Assembly (NCBI GenBank): GCA_051530055.1
Contig: CM121342.1
Location: 3,409,489-3,473,488, forward strand
From: Neoechinorhynchus agilis
Lineage: Eukaryota; Animalia; Acanthocephala
Direction: 5' to 3'
Length of the DNA: 64,000 nucleotides
A program made the position numbers and the translations under genes. Under the pieces are notes generated by a model. It saw only the letters and a list, made by a program, of their open reading frames with translations, did not search any database and was not told the DNA's origin. Shown here one piece after another: positions 61,298 to 64,000 of the stretch; position 1 is the stretch's first letter; every line of letters begins with the position of its first letter.

Positions 61298-64000
61298 TCA
61301 ATAAATCGTGGAATCCTTGAATACATCAATCGTATCGACATAAGTTCGCAACCGCCTGATTCCGCGCATCCATTGTCCTGCGAGAGGATCTTCATAATCA
61401 TCGTCTTCGTCTTCGCTTTCATCCAGATTGTCCAGAGGGAGATCGATGATTCCGGTATGAGAAGTGGTAGTAGTTCGTCGCCGCTTCCGTTTGATTATTT
61501 GAGAAAGTAGTTTCGCTGGTCCAGAGAACATTGATGGAGGCACGAGATTTAGAAGTTGGTGAAAGAGTAGAGATCCAACTCCAAACATGAGACTGTATCC
61601 CCAACCAACGGCATCAAGTCGGACGGCTGATAGTGGAATGCCTCCGACGAATACGATTAGAACCTAAATGAGATTTGTTGTGAGGCGCGTAAACAAAATC
61701 CATCTCACCTGTAATGAAAAACATCCGAGCCAAACTCCAACAAATATAAAATTATTGAATATTCCTTTGAACACGTTATTTTCACAATGAAGTTTGCGAG
61801 CGTTGATTTCATTGAACAGTGTCATTAATACGAACGCATTGAACACAAGAGTGAAATGAGCGGTTGGTTGTTTAAAAGAAGGATCATTAGTCAACCGATC
61901 GATGGTAGAATCAACATCGATCAACTTGTGGCCTTCGAACATCAGAATGAAGAGTACAATTAGTTGATAGAGAGCATGGCCTATAATATTGCGGAACATC
62001 GTCGTCGATATAATGAACTTGGTGCGTCCGTATGGTTTACGATCAAGTAGTTCAATTGTTGGTCTCTCAGAAGCGAGTGCGACACTTGCAAGAGTATCCA
62101 TGACTAAATTCACCCAAAGCATTTGAACAGCCGTCAATGGAACACGACTGATCGCCGCTGCGGATATAACGGACAGAAATCCAGCCGCCACATTAGCCGT
62201 TAGTTGAAATTGAAGGAATTTGGCTACGTTATCGTAAACATTTCGACCCCACATAAGAGCCTTCACAATACTCGTGAAGTTATCATCCAGAAGGATAATA
62301 TCGCATGCCTGTTTTGCTATATCTGTTCCCTGGATACCCATCGCGAATCCAACGTCGGCGCTTTTAAGTGCAGGGGCATCATTGGTACCATCGCCAGTAA
62401 CTGCGACAACCTCACGATTCGCAGAAATTTTACTTGAGATTATTCCATTGACAAGAACGAATTTGTCGTTTGGAGATGAACGAGCGAGTACGCGAAGTCT
62501 TGGCCAGACGCTGTCGAACTTTGTCTGCGAAAATCCGCCGTATTCGTCGTTTATGATCTCATTAAAAGATTTGCTCTCTAGCGCTAGAAAATCCTCCTTT
62601 GGATTTAGAATGCCACACTGAGTAGCTATTGATCGAGCAGTGTTGATATTATCACCAGTTACCATTCGAACGGTCACTCCTGCTCTTTGACATTGTCTGA
62701 TCGCTGGAGGGACTTCTGGTCTTACTGGATCTTGAATCCCGGCGATACAAAGAAGAGTCAGGTCTTTTCCAACGACCAATTCATCTTCCCAATTATAAGA
62801 CGGAGAATCACCTTCATCAGAAGGAACTAATTTATACGCAACGCAGATTGTTCGGAGACCAGCGCATGCCATTGATTCAATGACTGATTTAATAAGGACA
62901 TTTCTTCGGTTCTCGTTTAAAACTTGAGGACCAGAAGTACCGTTCGCTGAAACATCACGGCATCGTTCCAACACGACTTCACTGGCCCCTTTGGTGTAGA
63001 CACAGTATCCTTGGTTCGGTTTCCTCAGTACGGTAGTCATCGTTTTTCGCTTTGAATTAAACGTAAAGACTTTAAACGCATCTTTGTCTGGGTATTTTTC
63101 TCGATATGTCTCGTAGTTTCGTCCGAGAGTCGTAACGAGGCCAAGTAAAGCACACTCAGTCTTGTTCCCAAGCTGTTGTGGGAGATCACCAGGACGCTCG
63201 ATCTGTATTTGTGGAAAAAAAGTTGAACACAGCCACTAAACCCCCCCCCTCCACTGACCTGTTGAATTGATGAATAATTCGAATTTGTCGAAATACTTTC
63301 ACACAGTATGTCCACCAAATCCTCGGAAACTTCATTTGCCGCATTGTCAATTACTTTGTAGTGCTTACCTAATTACGTTTGTTGACATAAATATTTTAAA
63401 ACTGCAAACTTTCGTCTTGGGCAACGGAAAAAAGTACGTTTTTTATAAAGGTGCTTAAATAAAGAACCGTTATATTAAGAAACGACAATAAAAACATAGA
63501 AGTGAGATTTGAAATTATGGAGAACATTAAATTTTAGTCTATCCCTTTCTTGTCCGGCTTATTTTTAGGCATAAAGCCAAACCAATTACATCAGAGAGTC
63601 TCTAATGCAAGGTTAAGAGTTTGAACATTCCTCCGGATCCTCAGATACCTCCCGGGGAGGCGGGGAGGTATTTCGTCTCCTTTTCGGTACGGATTCGGAC
63701 CACTTGACCCCTAATCGGGATCACGGGCATTAGTCCACTTGACCACCTCGACACAACTACGAAATGTCAAACTCAGCCAGTTTATCGACTCGGGGTGAGC
63801 GCTGTGTTCTATTTTTTTAAGTTTTACTGGCAAGCCGGTCAAATCATTAAATTACGTTCATTTTTTCAAAACAAAAAAGCGTAATTTTCGTGCAGCTCTT
63901 TTTTTTGCCCAAAATTAAGTCGAAGTGTATAAAATGTGGAAAAAAAGAATTGCTTACCTGCCAAGTAGCATTGAGTAACAGTCATTCTATTAGTAGTCAG
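61298..64000 (-). CDS. ATP2B: Plasma-membrane Ca2+-ATPase (P2B), 3' part; gene extends beyond the window
   Basis: LTTNRMTV, GNKTECALLG, KGASE, MVTGDN, TGDGTNDAPAL, QMLWVNLVMDTLAS, FNEINARK and a CaM-binding-like GQWMRGIRRL. Exons 63958-64000, 63259-63368, ~61709-63202 and a final exon. Confidence 0.97.
63620..63845 (-). mobile_element. Family C element in a PMCA intron; tRNA-SINE-like
   Basis: Homologous to 21.4-21.9 kb. A-box-like TGGTCAAGTGG and B-box-like GGTCCGAATCC lie ~33 nt apart, followed by a TACCTCCCC/GGGGAGGTA hairpin. Confidence 0.6.

Noticed and set aside
62204-62621. Plus-strand ORFs within PMCA (similarly within chitinase, LRR and DGAT)
   Set aside because: Antisense shadows of real coding regions.

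Overview
AT-rich eukaryotic DNA from a compact metazoan-type genome with short GT-AG introns. A myxozoan or similar reduced parasite is plausible, but that is inference only. Supported genes: tetraspanin-like, neutral sphingomyelinase, a secreted prepro-peptide, an AF4/FMR2 C-terminal-domain protein, a DGAT1/SOAT-type MBOAT, a PI31 FP-domain protein, two paralogous small membrane proteins, a secreted LRR protein, an EF-hand protein, an RPA43-like subunit, ABHD16A, a GH18 chitinase with CBM14, a duplicated stefin-like gene and PMCA (runs off the window). Repeats: two decayed RTE LINEs, several decayed Penelope-like elements (PLEs), three unrelated satellite arrays (123, 153 and ~280 bp units) and several small duplications. 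The most notable signal is a set of minimal type I hammerhead ribozyme motifs (CUGANGA + extra base + stem II + GAAA + palindromic tetranucleotide + H). They occur just 3' of PLE GIY-YIG remnants, as inverted pairs in 130-230 bp fold-back elements whose two arms share copy-specific variants, and near the outer ends of a 1311-bp inverted duplication that captures host genes. A second notable signal is a duplicated membrane-protein cassette with near-identical flanks and a strongly diverged coding core. All calls were made by eye, with no database searches.
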